From NCBI GenBank assembly GCA_030167865.1, contig JALAGF010004837.1, positions 310,001 through 367,353 on the forward strand: a DNA stretch of 57,353 nucleotides, given 5' to 3'. Source of the DNA: Craspedostauros australis. Lineage: Eukaryota. The translations under genes were made by a program, and so were the position numbers. The notes beneath the pieces were generated by a model. The model was not told where the DNA came from. It was given only the letters and a program-made list of their open reading frames with translations, and searched no databases. This document shows, one piece after another, positions 24,901-35,224 of this stretch (positions are counted from its first letter, which is position 1; every line of letters begins with the position of its first letter).

Positions 24901-26435
24901 ATTCAGAGGCAGTCAAGATCGCGCCAACAACTGCTGGCTCTGTACCTCCCACCGCAGCTGCAACCACAACCACACCATCGACGACAGCATCGACGACAGC
25001 ATCGGCATCAGCACCAGCGCCAACTCCTACCACCACGACCGGTACAGCTCCCGCTGTGAGCAGTGTTGCCACTGGCGCGGCTACAGCACCTGCTGCTACC
25101 ACTTCGGCGACGCAAGAAGCCAAGGAAACGCCAACGACTGATCAAACTGATCGCAAAGTTGAAGCCAAAAAACCAACGCAACAAGAGAAGAAGCTGAAAG
25201 ATGACCTTGACAAGTTACAGAGCGTGCAAACTCTCAAAAAGCAACCGCTGACACAGTGGGAGCAGCACATCCCAGGACCAAACGATGAGATGCTGACACC
25301 AAAAAGCCAGCTCACGCCATTGCCGGAGTGGTACGCACCTGACGAGATCTCGGAGATCGAGCGCATGATGTTGCCGGAGTGGTTCAATTTCAGCTCTGAG
25401 CACCGCACACCCACATCGTATCTGCGGACCCGGAACAAGATCATCCTGATGTCCGACAAGCTGGGGAACCGCGATGTCACCAACGCCATGATCCGCAGAG
25501 TGGTTCTCGGCGATGCTGGCAGCTTGCATCGGTTGCGTCAATTCCTCACCAGCTGGGGGTGGATCAACGAGGACTGCCACAATGATTCTGCACCGATTCC
25601 TCCATCGCTCAAGAAACGTTCCATCGACCCGGCCTCCGCTTCGGATGCTGCATCTACAAGCAACCTCACGGCAACTGCAGCATCGTCCTCATCCAAGGCA
25701 GCCTTTGACGATGATAGTCGCATCATACTGGTGGATGCCATCGTCCAGCAATCCAAACGTCGCAAAATGTCCGACGGAAAGTCGCGGGGTGCATCGGACG
25801 ATGATCTTTTTGACTGGGATGAAATTGCCACGAAAGTGGGCAACAACCTCACGCCCTCCGATTGCGAGCGCCAATTCCTCAGCATGACATTGCAGGACCT
25901 GAGCGCAAACAAGGAGAGTGATGAGAGTGGTGATGCCGCGATGGACGATGGCACCCAGCCAGATTCAGCATCCTCGATGGATCATGACGGCTATGGCGCA
26001 CGCCAAAGCAACGGTAATGGTGGCGGCGGTAGCGCCGGTAGCAGCGGCAGGAAGAGAAAGACCAATCCCATCGTCACGATCGACGAGGTTCGCCAGAGCG
26101 TCTTTCGGCAGCTGCTGGATGAAGTCAGTGCTGATGATATCCGCTTGATTGGCCGGTCTGCGTTGCAGGTGTCTGGTGACGATCTGCAGGAGGGACGCAA
26201 ACGGGCGATGCTAGGGATCATGGCCAATCACGCGCTGGATCATGCTCGGGCGCAGGAGGACGAAGTGCGGTCCATCTTCGATGAGCTGCTGGACCAACGG
26301 ATGAAGAAGGTCGAGAATCGCATGGCGCTCCTTGATGATGTTGAGGGAATGGTGGAAGCAGAACGAGTTGCGTTGGAATTGGAACGGCGAGACTTTTATA
26401 CCACACGGTGCAGGCATTGGTTCGGCGCAGATTAA
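21981..26435 (+). CDS. SWI3: SWI/SNF complex SWI3/SMARCC-like subunit (SWIRM + SANT + C-terminal coiled coil), 1484 aa
   Basis: SWIRM (LPEWYAPDEISEIERMMLPEWF..RTPTSYLRTRNKII..GDAGSLHRLRQFLTSWGWIN, ~25320-25570); SANT-like (FDWDEIATKVGNNLTPSDCERQFLSM); SWI3-type C-terminus (AQEDEVRSIFDELLDQRMKKVENRMALLDDVEGMVEAERVALELERR). Confidence 0.88.
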   Translation: MSGNPNTTPIGGSGGSGKKKQSRKSASSLASSSASATWNAALERNGALGMNPQPILAGYGARGERIRHNVNLGALQMPRASLQLLFHSKKHAGIVEPRKYTLPGLDSVDRPSQDEMLDQLIVTELVSKRVAVEADRKDLHRMDVEGKQAMAGEGGGGDGKHQTGGEVGTTAAAGAGEKPAPIRYEHVTMVDNRTLRRPAAAAAQVAKHAKDASRIRGGGLDDSDVKQQGEESTSMEAEVQNASDVPNAPAPAPTSAPETAAPTSTSDDQHPTEPQAGDGEKKMEATSASAHSPPGPSWELATEAASASAPTEQTEAPPSSTTTAAEVEVEATAPEPQKEDLDAPTTTPPSSTLASAPASATVPPAEPAAESATAATPPEPAPASEETNGGADTQDMDVSEDQATTQQADRNQIQQDEETPMEVDDVATPATTLAEEKTPQPGEVADAPQDAQEQKQPPLQSDTLSATQQVEEGQHQPTQQPANLDSRTQMETTTGTSQTEQMGDATPTPASAPSAPSSAPSSAPSSAPENTTAPAGETATAADESTEAAEPATAPQSSPPSELSITATIPAAAPTTSALETTPETSAPPTPATKQQETAKEPMAETTASATSMSTSMSTSAPAPAEPALMDVSPAQPDAAAPPATAPTPTPTSTQEVAAPATSTAQGSIPATDQVNSQEHPHPELSQPELKAPVTTTVQPQQVPVQPNSTTNVDATPAQPTSIAPTSATPITNTQPMLEQVGTNAAAITTTAATVTTTTVTTTPVATSIGVSAVQQTGTEPAVSATNSAPAQTASLTTAENTAPTSTPSQAPAQTQTSHLSSNAPSPAPPQRMATNQTETTVSTTAIASATTATTAAATAQTDADTNSQGETAAVPTPAPTTAAAAAASASMDVDPLPQGTAPTVGAIPATAPTTAPEASTVPTTLATTPAPMEAESSPSALQQTPPAATTATQETAPVARPFSGKVLPPRPSDSEAVKIAPTTAGSVPPTAAATTTTPSTTASTTASASAPAPTPTTTTGTAPAVSSVATGAATAPAATTSATQEAKETPTTDQTDRKVEAKKPTQQEKKLKDDLDKLQSVQTLKKQPLTQWEQHIPGPNDEMLTPKSQLTPLPEWYAPDEISEIERMMLPEWFNFSSEHRTPTSYLRTRNKIILMSDKLGNRDVTNAMIRRVVLGDAGSLHRLRQFLTSWGWINEDCHNDSAPIPPSLKKRSIDPASASDAASTSNLTATAASSSSKAAFDDDSRIILVDAIVQQSKRRKMSDGKSRGASDDDLFDWDEIATKVGNNLTPSDCERQFLSMTLQDLSANKESDESGDAAMDDGTQPDSASSMDHDGYGARQSNGNGGGGSAGSSGRKRKTNPIVTIDEVRQSVFRQLLDEVSADDIRLIGRSALQVSGDDLQEGRKRAMLGIMANHALDHARAQEDEVRSIFDELLDQRMKKVENRMALLDDVEGMVEAERVALELERRDFYTTRCRHWFGAD

Positions 26436-27049
26436 GGCAGCTCACATACTCCGAGTGCAAGTATGGATACGGCACATGTACCATCGATGAACAATCCATG
26501 TACCATGTGATGCACCACTCCATTCCACTTTACTCTACTCTATTGTTGTTTCACTCAATGAACCATGTCATGTGGAGAACAAGGTCGCAGGCCAGGGGGA
26601 AGGCAGTTTCGTGTCGCATGTGAAGTCTGCAACACATCGTCAGCATATAATAATGTCACTGTATTTATGTGCAGCCCTGCTCTTGACGAGATTGGTACCG
26701 CGGCATGCCTGTTGGAAGAGTGGATGATGTGTTGGGCTGTCGACTAGGGAGCACACTCCACCATAGTCGTAATACTGCGCCAAAGATGTTGGTCCATTGC
26801 CTATCCTCGTGTTCGTAGCAAATACAATAGGGACTATTTCTGTCCTTGTTGATGCCAACACCGACGGAAACGCAAACACGAACTTGGCGATGAGCGTGCA
26901 CAGGCACGAACAACGACAGCGACCATCCTCTCTCTCTCTCTCTCTGTGTTGGCCAAGAAACTCTCCCTGGCTCAGCCGATACTGCTGGATTCGGCAAAAG
27001 CATATCCACTTGCGATCAGCCACTCTGTGCGAAGTTTGGAACGACGAGC

Positions 27050-28096
27050 ATGGATCTGGACGAAGAATACGCATCGACCGTGGCAAAGCCCAGAGTCATC
27101 AATCGTCTGCGCAAGAGGCGATTCGTGGGAAGCGGCTTGCAAAGCGCGATGAGGCAGGCGATAGATCCGGAGTCCGGGATGTCACCTGCGGCAAAGGAGG
27201 TCCTTGCGGAGCTGCTGCGGGACAAGGGCATCGACGTGAGCACGGAGAACTACGATGCGCGCATCGACGATCAGTACGGGAGCAACCTGACCGTGTCGAA
27301 GAAGGACGCGATTCCACCAGGAACCGACGACTCAGCCGCCGCCGCTCTCGGACGAGATGGCAAGCTGTCCTTGTTCCGATCGTTGCTGTCGGTGATCGAC
27401 CGAGCGACGCAGCTGCCGGTCTCCACGAAGCATCTGATCAAGACCTGTTGCCTTTCTCTGCGTCCGGGCGATGTTCCGGGGGCGTTGGATGCCAAGGAAG
27501 TGGTGCTGTCGGTCCTGTTCTTCCTGTCATCCACGCTGAAAACCAAATCATCGCATCTCGTGTGTCTCCCGCTGATCAAGCCAACGGAGGAACTCAACGA
27601 TTTGGAGAAGCGCACGTACGAGAAGGTTGGCGACTGGCGGATCGAGAGCATCGATTACAAGCTGCTGCATCTGGAGCAGGCCTTCCTGCACTCCCCGGCA
27701 TCATTCCGCTGGCTGTCGCGGGAGAAGTTCTCTCCTCGTTTGACAGCGAAGGAGGAGGCGCGGTTCTTTCTGAAGGGGACCATCCCAGCGGCGATTGCCA
27801 ACAAGCGGTTGAAGGGAGAACGCGGAGTCACACTGAAACAGAGAAAGTCGCAAACTGCACCTGCCGCAAAGGCCAAGAAACGATCATCCGCATCGTCTTC
27901 AACGCCAAGGAAGAAACCGAAGGTGGCGCCGTCATCCGCGGTTTCAGCCTTTGCAATGACCGCTTCCGATGGCTCACCGTCGCCAACCAAGGAGCGCTAC
28001 CGTTCAGCATCTTTGGATAGAGATGATGAGGTGAGCGCAGATGAAATGATGCTCGGGCAATCGCATTCAACGGACGACGACGACGATTACGACTGA
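27050..28096 (+). CDS. Hypothetical nuclear protein (348 aa), possible NFRKB/INO80G-like winged-helix domain
   Basis: ATG-initiated ORF with strong codon bias, globular central region, basic NLS-like tail (KAKKR, TPRKKPK) and acidic end. The family suggestion is by-eye similarity only. Confidence 0.75.
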   Translation: MDLDEEYASTVAKPRVINRLRKRRFVGSGLQSAMRQAIDPESGMSPAAKEVLAELLRDKGIDVSTENYDARIDDQYGSNLTVSKKDAIPPGTDDSAAAALGRDGKLSLFRSLLSVIDRATQLPVSTKHLIKTCCLSLRPGDVPGALDAKEVVLSVLFFLSSTLKTKSSHLVCLPLIKPTEELNDLEKRTYEKVGDWRIESIDYKLLHLEQAFLHSPASFRWLSREKFSPRLTAKEEARFFLKGTIPAAIANKRLKGERGVTLKQRKSQTAPAAKAKKRSSASSSTPRKKPKVAPSSAVSAFAMTASDGSPSPTKERYRSASLDRDDEVSADEMMLGQSHSTDDDDDYD

Positions 28097-28206
28097 AGAA
28101 GGCAAGCCAGGCTGCGAACTTGAGAATTGGCCACCACGAAGAGGCCAATTTACGCCAAGGGGGGAAGGGCATGAGAGTGGATGTCCACGGGCTCGGGTAC
28201 GGGTAT

Positions 28207-28228
28207 GACTGACTGACTGACTGACTGA
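28207..28228 (+). repeat. (GACT)5 microsatellite
   Basis: Directly visible. Confidence 0.85.
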
Positions 28229-29681
28229 TGATCAGCGTCCGACGACGTGGTTCGATACGGTACGTGGAGCATCAAATGGATTGTTTCCCATCTGCAATCT
28301 CCCAGGCACCACCTCCTCCATCACCATCGTAATCAATCCAAAGAACGTCACCAAAGGGAGTGCATCACTGAGGACGTGTGGGCCTCTTCCCTCACGGCTC
28401 GCACCGCCCTCATCGGAGTCGAGAGGAGACATCTGGACGCGCACGAGTACATCCGTGAGGATGACCATTCATCCCCCTTGCCACGCAAATACGACTACCA
28501 ACATCGAGGGGGAGTACTTTTCTACTACACTCCGCATCTTTCTGAGCTATGACGATACGATCTACTGTCTCCCGTTCTGCACTTGAAGTTCAACCAACGC
28601 CAACAGGAAGGCACATCGTTGATGGTTATCAATGGCCAAGAGGTATAGCACCACTCCCAGTGACATTGGTGATGAATCAAAGTTCAGGGATCGTCTCAGC
28701 ATTCCATCCACAAGATGCGAGGATTCGCAAAGATGTCTGCAAACTCCGAAGAAAACTTGAATCTTTGGCCAGCATGATTCTCGATTTCTCTTGTTTGATC
28801 GCGAGGTTGGGCCCGATGGGACACGTGTGGATGACTTCGTCGTTTCGCCGGAATCGTGAAACGTCTGTCCACGGTGTCGTACCAGGGGATCTTGTTCGTA
28901 TGGTCTCATAGTGGACTCGAACCTTCAATTAAGCGATTTCGTCAGCATGTTTTACGCTTAGGGGGAAGATGGACAGAATGTCATTTGAACATATGTGTGG
29001 AAACTCCATCTGTCCCACCCGTGGATGGAAATAACCTTGATACGGACACAAACAACGAACGAAGCACAGAAAGGTAAGCGTCACCCGTCTGCTTTTCTGT
29101 GCGTCCGAGCAACGTGTCTCGTACGCGTGTTGTTGGGCTGTTTGTGGCTGGTTCTTCCTGCTACGCGTCAGTGCCACATGGCGGCACAGGATAGGATGCG
29201 TGGATCGTACGAGTACCATACACGTACGTGGACACGTACAGTACAGCCGCATACCGTGCCTACCCCTCAGCCAGTGCGAGGGACATCCAGAGAAAACAAA
29301 GAACACGAGGCAAACAGCCACCAAAGCAGCGCTGCTGGGACAAACCCGAACACGCTGCGCTGTTTTCTGCGGCGCAACCGGCGCGTGTGGGCACAAACAT
29401 CATGACTACGACCACCACGATCATCTCCATCATTCGTTCCTTCACAACCAGCGAAAACTAAAGAGACCGCAGGTCAGGCAGAGAGACAAGAGAGGCAGAC
29501 ACACACAGAGAGACAGAGACAAACTGACCAAAAGCTGCACCAGCGTCCAACCTCACCATACACCACATAACGCAGCATCGCACCTTCGAAGGGCGACCAA
29601 AGCGCAAGAGACAATAACAAGAGACAACAACCAGAGACAACAACAAGAGACAAGAGCAACAGCACAGCAAGACAAAGCAAC

Positions 29682-32600
29682 ATGGATCCGAGTCTGGTGC
29701 GATCCTACCTGCAGGTGGCATGCTCCGGACTTGGCTTCGATGTCGGAGAGGTGTGGTGGACATCAGCCGATGACAATGATTCCTCCAGCACCCTTGCCTC
29801 GATCGGTGAGTCTTCCTTCGGTGCTGTCCACCCCACGACACTCAGCCTGGCGCACAGCGTTGTCACGGCAGCAGGAACAATGGCGGCATCAACAGAGCAG
29901 AAGACAGCAGGTGTTGCCAATATCGCCCCAAGAAGCGCGCGCTTTTGCCACTGCGAAAGAGTGCATGCGTTGCATGGTACCAATGGGCTACCAATCCGTC
30001 CGTGCACCATGTTATTCTGCCGTTGCTTCGCTGCCGTTGCTGCTGTGATACTGTTGAGTGCAACTCCGGTGCTTTCTCCGTTCTCTCTCTTCGCAAACAT
30101 CATGCCGCACGCAAACATGCAACTCACAGCTGCTTTCTATTCGCTCCTGGCTTTCGTGAACTCTGTGCCTTCACTCCTCTCGCTCACTCGCCACGCCGTA
30201 CTACACCATACTAAACCGCACTACACCAAACTACACTACTCGACACCATAATTGCTCATCGCATAGCAGAAAAGAAAAGCGCCGTCCGTGACCACAGAAT
30301 GAAGCATGGCGACGCGGTGGATGGGACCGGCAAGTCAAAATTCATTGAGCTGTACACTTCCAAATCGTTCCAAGCAAAGCGATCCATTCTCGTCAATCCT
30401 CCGGAGGACGGGAAGGAAGCAAACGAGGACTACGGCACCGAACAGAACTCCAAGGAGACCGAAATGAACAAGCATGTGCTCTCGCCGTTGCTCGTCGACG
30501 CGATTGCGAAAACGGCGCAGGTGGTATGGGCCAACACCACAAAGGAGGAGGGGCTGCTGGGGCGTTCCGACATCTACTTCCAGACGGCGGTGGGCATGCC
30601 CGTGGCCGTGGATCAGAAAGGGAACATGTGTGTTGTCGTCATGTTTTCGCCGCAGAACATCCAAAGCTCGGAGGATGCGCTGGAGTATCTCATTTCCATC
30701 ACGCAGGGCGCCACCGCATCTCCCAATTCGTGCCTCAAACCAGCGTTCAACAAGGAGGCCGGCTTGTTGACACCGCACCATGAGGAGGATCCCATCAACC
30801 AGGTCATACCGATGCTCGCGGAATCTGCCATCACGGACGGCGTCACAACTAGGTTCATGTCGTTGGATGATCACATCACGCACGACGACTCAGGCGGCGC
30901 CTTCTATCCAGAACCCAACAATTCGCACGATTTGCTTTCGGCTCCAAAGGATTGCTTCGGCATCCCCATGCTGCCAGTGTTCTCGGAGATGAAAGGCAGC
31001 GGTCATTCGGGACCGCAGAGCGAGCATGCAAATATGCAGGAGGTCGATGCATTTGACGAAGCCTCGTACGGAGTGTGGTCCACCATCTGGGGGACGAAGC
31101 TGCCCCAGATCCTGCCCGAAGCAAATCCAAGCACGACTGCCTTATCTCGACCATCCACGCAAATGGCGCTTCCACCATCAACATCAGGCGCAGCGGCAAT
31201 GGTGGCGGGAGCAACCAACGCTTCCCCGCATAGTGGAACATTCCAGACGCATGCAAGTGCTGCGGGTCAGATCATTGTCCCGATGAGAACAAGACTATCG
31301 GAAACACTCGTGGATCGCCTGGAAGAGTTCGCAGCAGCCTTCCTCAATGTTTCCGTTTTTGACTTGGCCGATGTTTGGATGCCGTTGGGTGCTGACAGTG
31401 ACTACCTGGGACACGCCTTGGCCATTCGCCCACCCAACTACAATCACTCACTTGACGAGTTCCGCACCAAGAGCGAGAAAGTCCACATCAAGCAATGGTC
31501 CGGAGCCGTGGGCAGAGCATTCGCATCGAAGGACCCTGTCTGGAGCGTCAATCCTGTGAGTTTCATCGTCGCCACGCACATGCTCGGGATGGCATCTTGA
31601 CATTGGATTTCCATGACTCACTTCGCCACTTTTTTATTGCATCCCTTTCTCCTTGCCCTCTCCTTTGGGCCGAATGCGTGCATACATACACGCCTACACA
31701 TGCATGCTTGTACTTTCACACATCTATCCATCCATTCATTCATGCATGGATTCTTGCATCGTGCGATGCCCAACTTTGTGCTCGATCCGACATCAACACC
31801 AACGTCAACGTCAACGGCAACCAGGATGCCTTCGCTGATTCTGGGAGAGCTGACTTGTTCCAAAGGGCCAACATCCTCACAACGTTGGCAGTCCCAGTCT
31901 TCTCGGGCAAATCCGTGACACCGTCCTGTGTCTTTTGCTGCTACTCGTTCGTGAAAACCGGTTCAGTTCCGTTCGTTCTAAGATTTGTGCAGCAGGCGCT
32001 GAGGTTGCTCTGGACGGGTCTCGACAAGGTGACACCGCATGAAAGCTTGGACAAGGGCATGTGGAAAACAATTGAACCCGCAGATCTTGGAGAGATGGCG
32101 GCAGATGTCGAAATGCAACATCACTTCCTCAACAAGAAGCGCCCCCATCATGATGTCTCGAATGCTTCGCAAACGACCAACGTCAGCACGACGCACCAAT
32201 CGAATATGCACCAAGCCAACGCCAACCCAGCCACCACCACCACGCAGGCTCCAATCCCCCACTCATCCACCATCTACACGGGAGAAGTCAACGCATCTCC
32301 ACCCCCATCCCCACAGATGCATCCGCTTCCAGCTGTTAATGCTTTCATTGTGCACCAGCAACACAACGGGCATGTGACTGCTGCTGCTGCGCAATTCACT
32401 TCGAGTGACCAATCGGAATATCAACATCAAAGCAAGCGAGCCCATACCGGACCGTCCAACCGATCCATGGTCTCTGCACCGAGGACAGCGACGATGATGA
32501 AGCCAATGTATGGGGCAGATGTGCAGCAACATAACCAGTCCGGACGGCCATCATCCCAACTTGAACCCATCAATGCCTTGCCTGCGCCACGTCCGCTCAT

Positions 32601-34795
32601 GATGCCCAGTCCAATGATTGCATTCAATGCACCGGCAAGACTTCCAGAACAGAAAGACACAATGATACGTTCGCCTTCAGCCACAACTACCACCGCCAAC
32701 ATCCTCATTCAACCTCATCCCATTGCCTTCACGAATCAGCACATTGGAAACCCAGCATCATCATCGTCATCTCAATCATCTGTGGTGAACATGACAACGG
32801 CACAGCACAATCCCTCGCAATTGCAACAGCATCACTTTCAGCAACAGCAGCAACCTCAACAACAACAACAACCTCAACAACAGCAACAGCAACAGCAGCA
32901 ACAGCAGCAACAGCAACAGTATGATTTGGAACCAATTCACATCAACCACAACGGTGTGAACAACATGAGAAGCGACAGCAACAGCAATTTCTCTGTGACG
33001 CCTGCGCAGAACTTCCAGCCTTCAACGACGTATGCGCCGCAACTGGTGGCAACGAAGAGAAATTCAAACGCATCCATGAATTCCATGTCAGCAGCATCCA
33101 CGTCCACCACGATGGCTTCCCCCGTCGCAGTCTCCGTGCCAGCAGAAGCACCAACGACGAATGCATACATCTACGCTGTGCCCCAAGATGTGCCAAGCAC
33201 GATGTTTCCGGCTGCGACTCAGAACATGCCGATGAATGCGAATGCGAATATGGATTCCAACACAGTAACAGCGTCCACCATGGCGACGCATGAATCTGCG
33301 GGAGGCGAGGCATTCCACACCGGCGTCCCATTTTGCACACCAATATCAACGAATGCCAGATCTTCAGTAAAGGAACCCAAGGTAAGCGGGGCCTCACTTG
33401 ACTCAACTGCACTTTCTGTCCATGTTTTCCTCCGACGCAAGGCGGTATGGATATGGATATCGGAGGTATCACGCAACCAAGTGAATTGAACCTGCCACCT
33501 ACAGTACTTCGCCCGACCTTTCGTCGCATCTGCGTTGCACTTATGGGCCCTTGATGAAACTACTCTGCATCACTCACCAATCATTGCGCTACTTGCCTTG
33601 TACTATACCGCTCGCTTGTACACGTGCTCGTACCCGTGCACACACACACAACACAACACAACATTGCAAACCAAAACCTAAATTCAAACTTCACGATACT
33701 CTTCCATTTGGCATGTTCAGCTCTGCCGAATCCAAGGCTGCGGCCAACCATCGACAGCCAGCAAACCATACTGCGTCAAGCACAGTGGAAGCAGGATGTG
33801 CGAACGTGAAGGCTGCACCAAATGTGCGCAAGGATCCACGCGCTTCTGCATTGCCCACGGCGGCGGTCGGCGCTGCGTCGTGCCAGGCTGTGACAAGGGT
33901 GCAAGAGACAGATACCATTGTGCCGCGTAAGTTTTCACTGCTGTCTCCATTGTGTGAAACCCATGCGTCCTGCGTTTTATGTCGTGTGATGACGTTGGGT
34001 GATCGGTTGCCTGTGTTGGTACGAAGATGGTGCCAAGTACTCGTGCCAAGTTCCTCCCGCAACAAACCTGCACGTCACCATTTTTGCTCACTCCCTTACT
34101 GTTGCTTTGTCCTTCCCTTTGCATTGAATCCAACCCATTCCTTCATCTATGCCTTGATCGAACCGTTCCAATTTTCTCTCTATTCCTTGCCTTCATACTT
34201 CAGACACGGAGGTGGCAAACGATGCAAATTTGCGGGCGGGTGCACAAAGTCAGCAGTGGGTGGCTCCAACCTGTGCACAGCCCACGGTGGTGGTCGCAGA
34301 TGTTCAATCCAAGGATGCGACAAGTCGGCGCAATCCTCAACGAAGTTCTGCGTGAAGCACGGAGGAGGCAAGAAGTGTGCCTTTTCTGGTTGCTCGAAAG
34401 TGGCTCGCGGTCGCACCGCGTTCTGCGCAGCACATGGAGGCGGTGTCCGCTGCAAGCTCGCAGGGTGCGTCCGAGTTGCCATCGGCAAGAACCAACTATG
34501 CCGAACCCACGGTGGCGGAGCTAGATCGAGAACGAAGGCCGCCAACAAGGCCGCTCACCAAAAGAAGCAACCGTCGCAACGGCAGCCGCAACAACAACAG
34601 CAAATGCAACAACTGCAACAGCCACACCAGATGCAAATGCAGACGCAGATGCAACCGCCGATGATCGCAGCAGTCGTTGGGATCCCTGCGCAACCTCATC
34701 AACAGCTTCAGCAGCAGCAGCAACAGCTTCAGCAACCACCAATGGCGCCGAACGGTATGCAATGGAATGTAAATAGCCGATTGGCAAATATATAG
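29682..34795 (+). CDS. NIN-like (NLP-type) GAF-domain protein with C-terminal WRKY19-like Cys/His zinc-finger repeats and polyQ tracts; probable transcription regulator (1255 aa, 5 exons)
   Basis: Exons 29682-29805, 30267-31555, 31825-33381, 33721-33926, 34204-34795 (3768 nt, in frame, GT-AG introns). GAF-like segments: FDVGEVWW..QVVWANT..QTAVGMPVAVD..CVVVMFS and FDLADVWMP..FRTKSEKVHI..GAVGRAFASKDPVWS..TTLAVPVFS..CVFCCYS. C-terminal repeats of Cx4-5CxKxAxGxxxxCxxHGGG. Exon 4 (LCRIQGC..CTKCAQGSTRFCIAHGGGRRC..) is missing from the ORF track in this frame. Confidence 0.88.
32820..32920 (+). repeat. CAA/CAG trinucleotide repeat encoding a polyglutamine tract
   Basis: Directly visible; encodes LQQHHFQQQQQPQQQQQPQ(n) in exon 3 of the GAF/zinc-finger gene. 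Confidence 0.9.
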
Positions 34796-35224
34796 CGGGG
34801 GTGATACGTAAGCAATGGTTATTAATAATATGTTACGACTTCATGGCATCGGTTCAGTTTCTTTTCCCCGTGGGCGTGCGTTCCAACACGACATGTGCGT
34901 AAATCATTGCGGACCAAGAGGAATGGCGTAATGACTGCAGACGGACAATTTGTCTGCTACCCCGAATCACGCGAGGCAGGTAACATAGTGTTCGTAGAAT
35001 ACCTCGCATTGCACCCCTCCTATCCTGCGTATCTATGTAATGTAATATGTGAATGTTATGTATTTGATGTACGGCAAGATTTGGGTCATGCTCTTGGTGC
35101 GCTACGAGATGTCCGTCAGTACAGACTGATCATCGCCATCATCATGGAGCACTTGCCCGTGCTTGCTACTATTGTGACTTCCTTGTGCCCCATCGCATTC
35201 GATCCCGTGCGATGAGCTCATGTG

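Noticed and set aside
26797-28020. 407-aa same-strand alternative-frame ORF overlapping 27050-28096
   Set aside because: Starts at TTG and has the Arg/Gly/Ala-rich composition typical of off-frame reading of GC-rich codons; the 27050 frame has an ATG and normal codon bias.
28240-28265. GGTTCGA T-loop-like motif suggesting a tRNA
   Set aside because: No T-stem, D-arm or acceptor-stem pairing around it.
28232-28930. Short ORFs between the NFRKB-like and GAF genes (e.g. 28247-28552) as a possible pseudogene
   Set aside because: No recognisable motif, no consistent frame or splice structure; would need a tBLASTx search.
29455-29681. GACA/CAA-rich quasi-periodic tract (also 1127-1210 ATGA-rich and 13960-14130 CAA-rich) considered as a CRISPR-like or other repeat array
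   Set aside because: Degenerate simple repeats in 5' leaders with no constant repeat-spacer structure and no cas genes; the context is eukaryotic.
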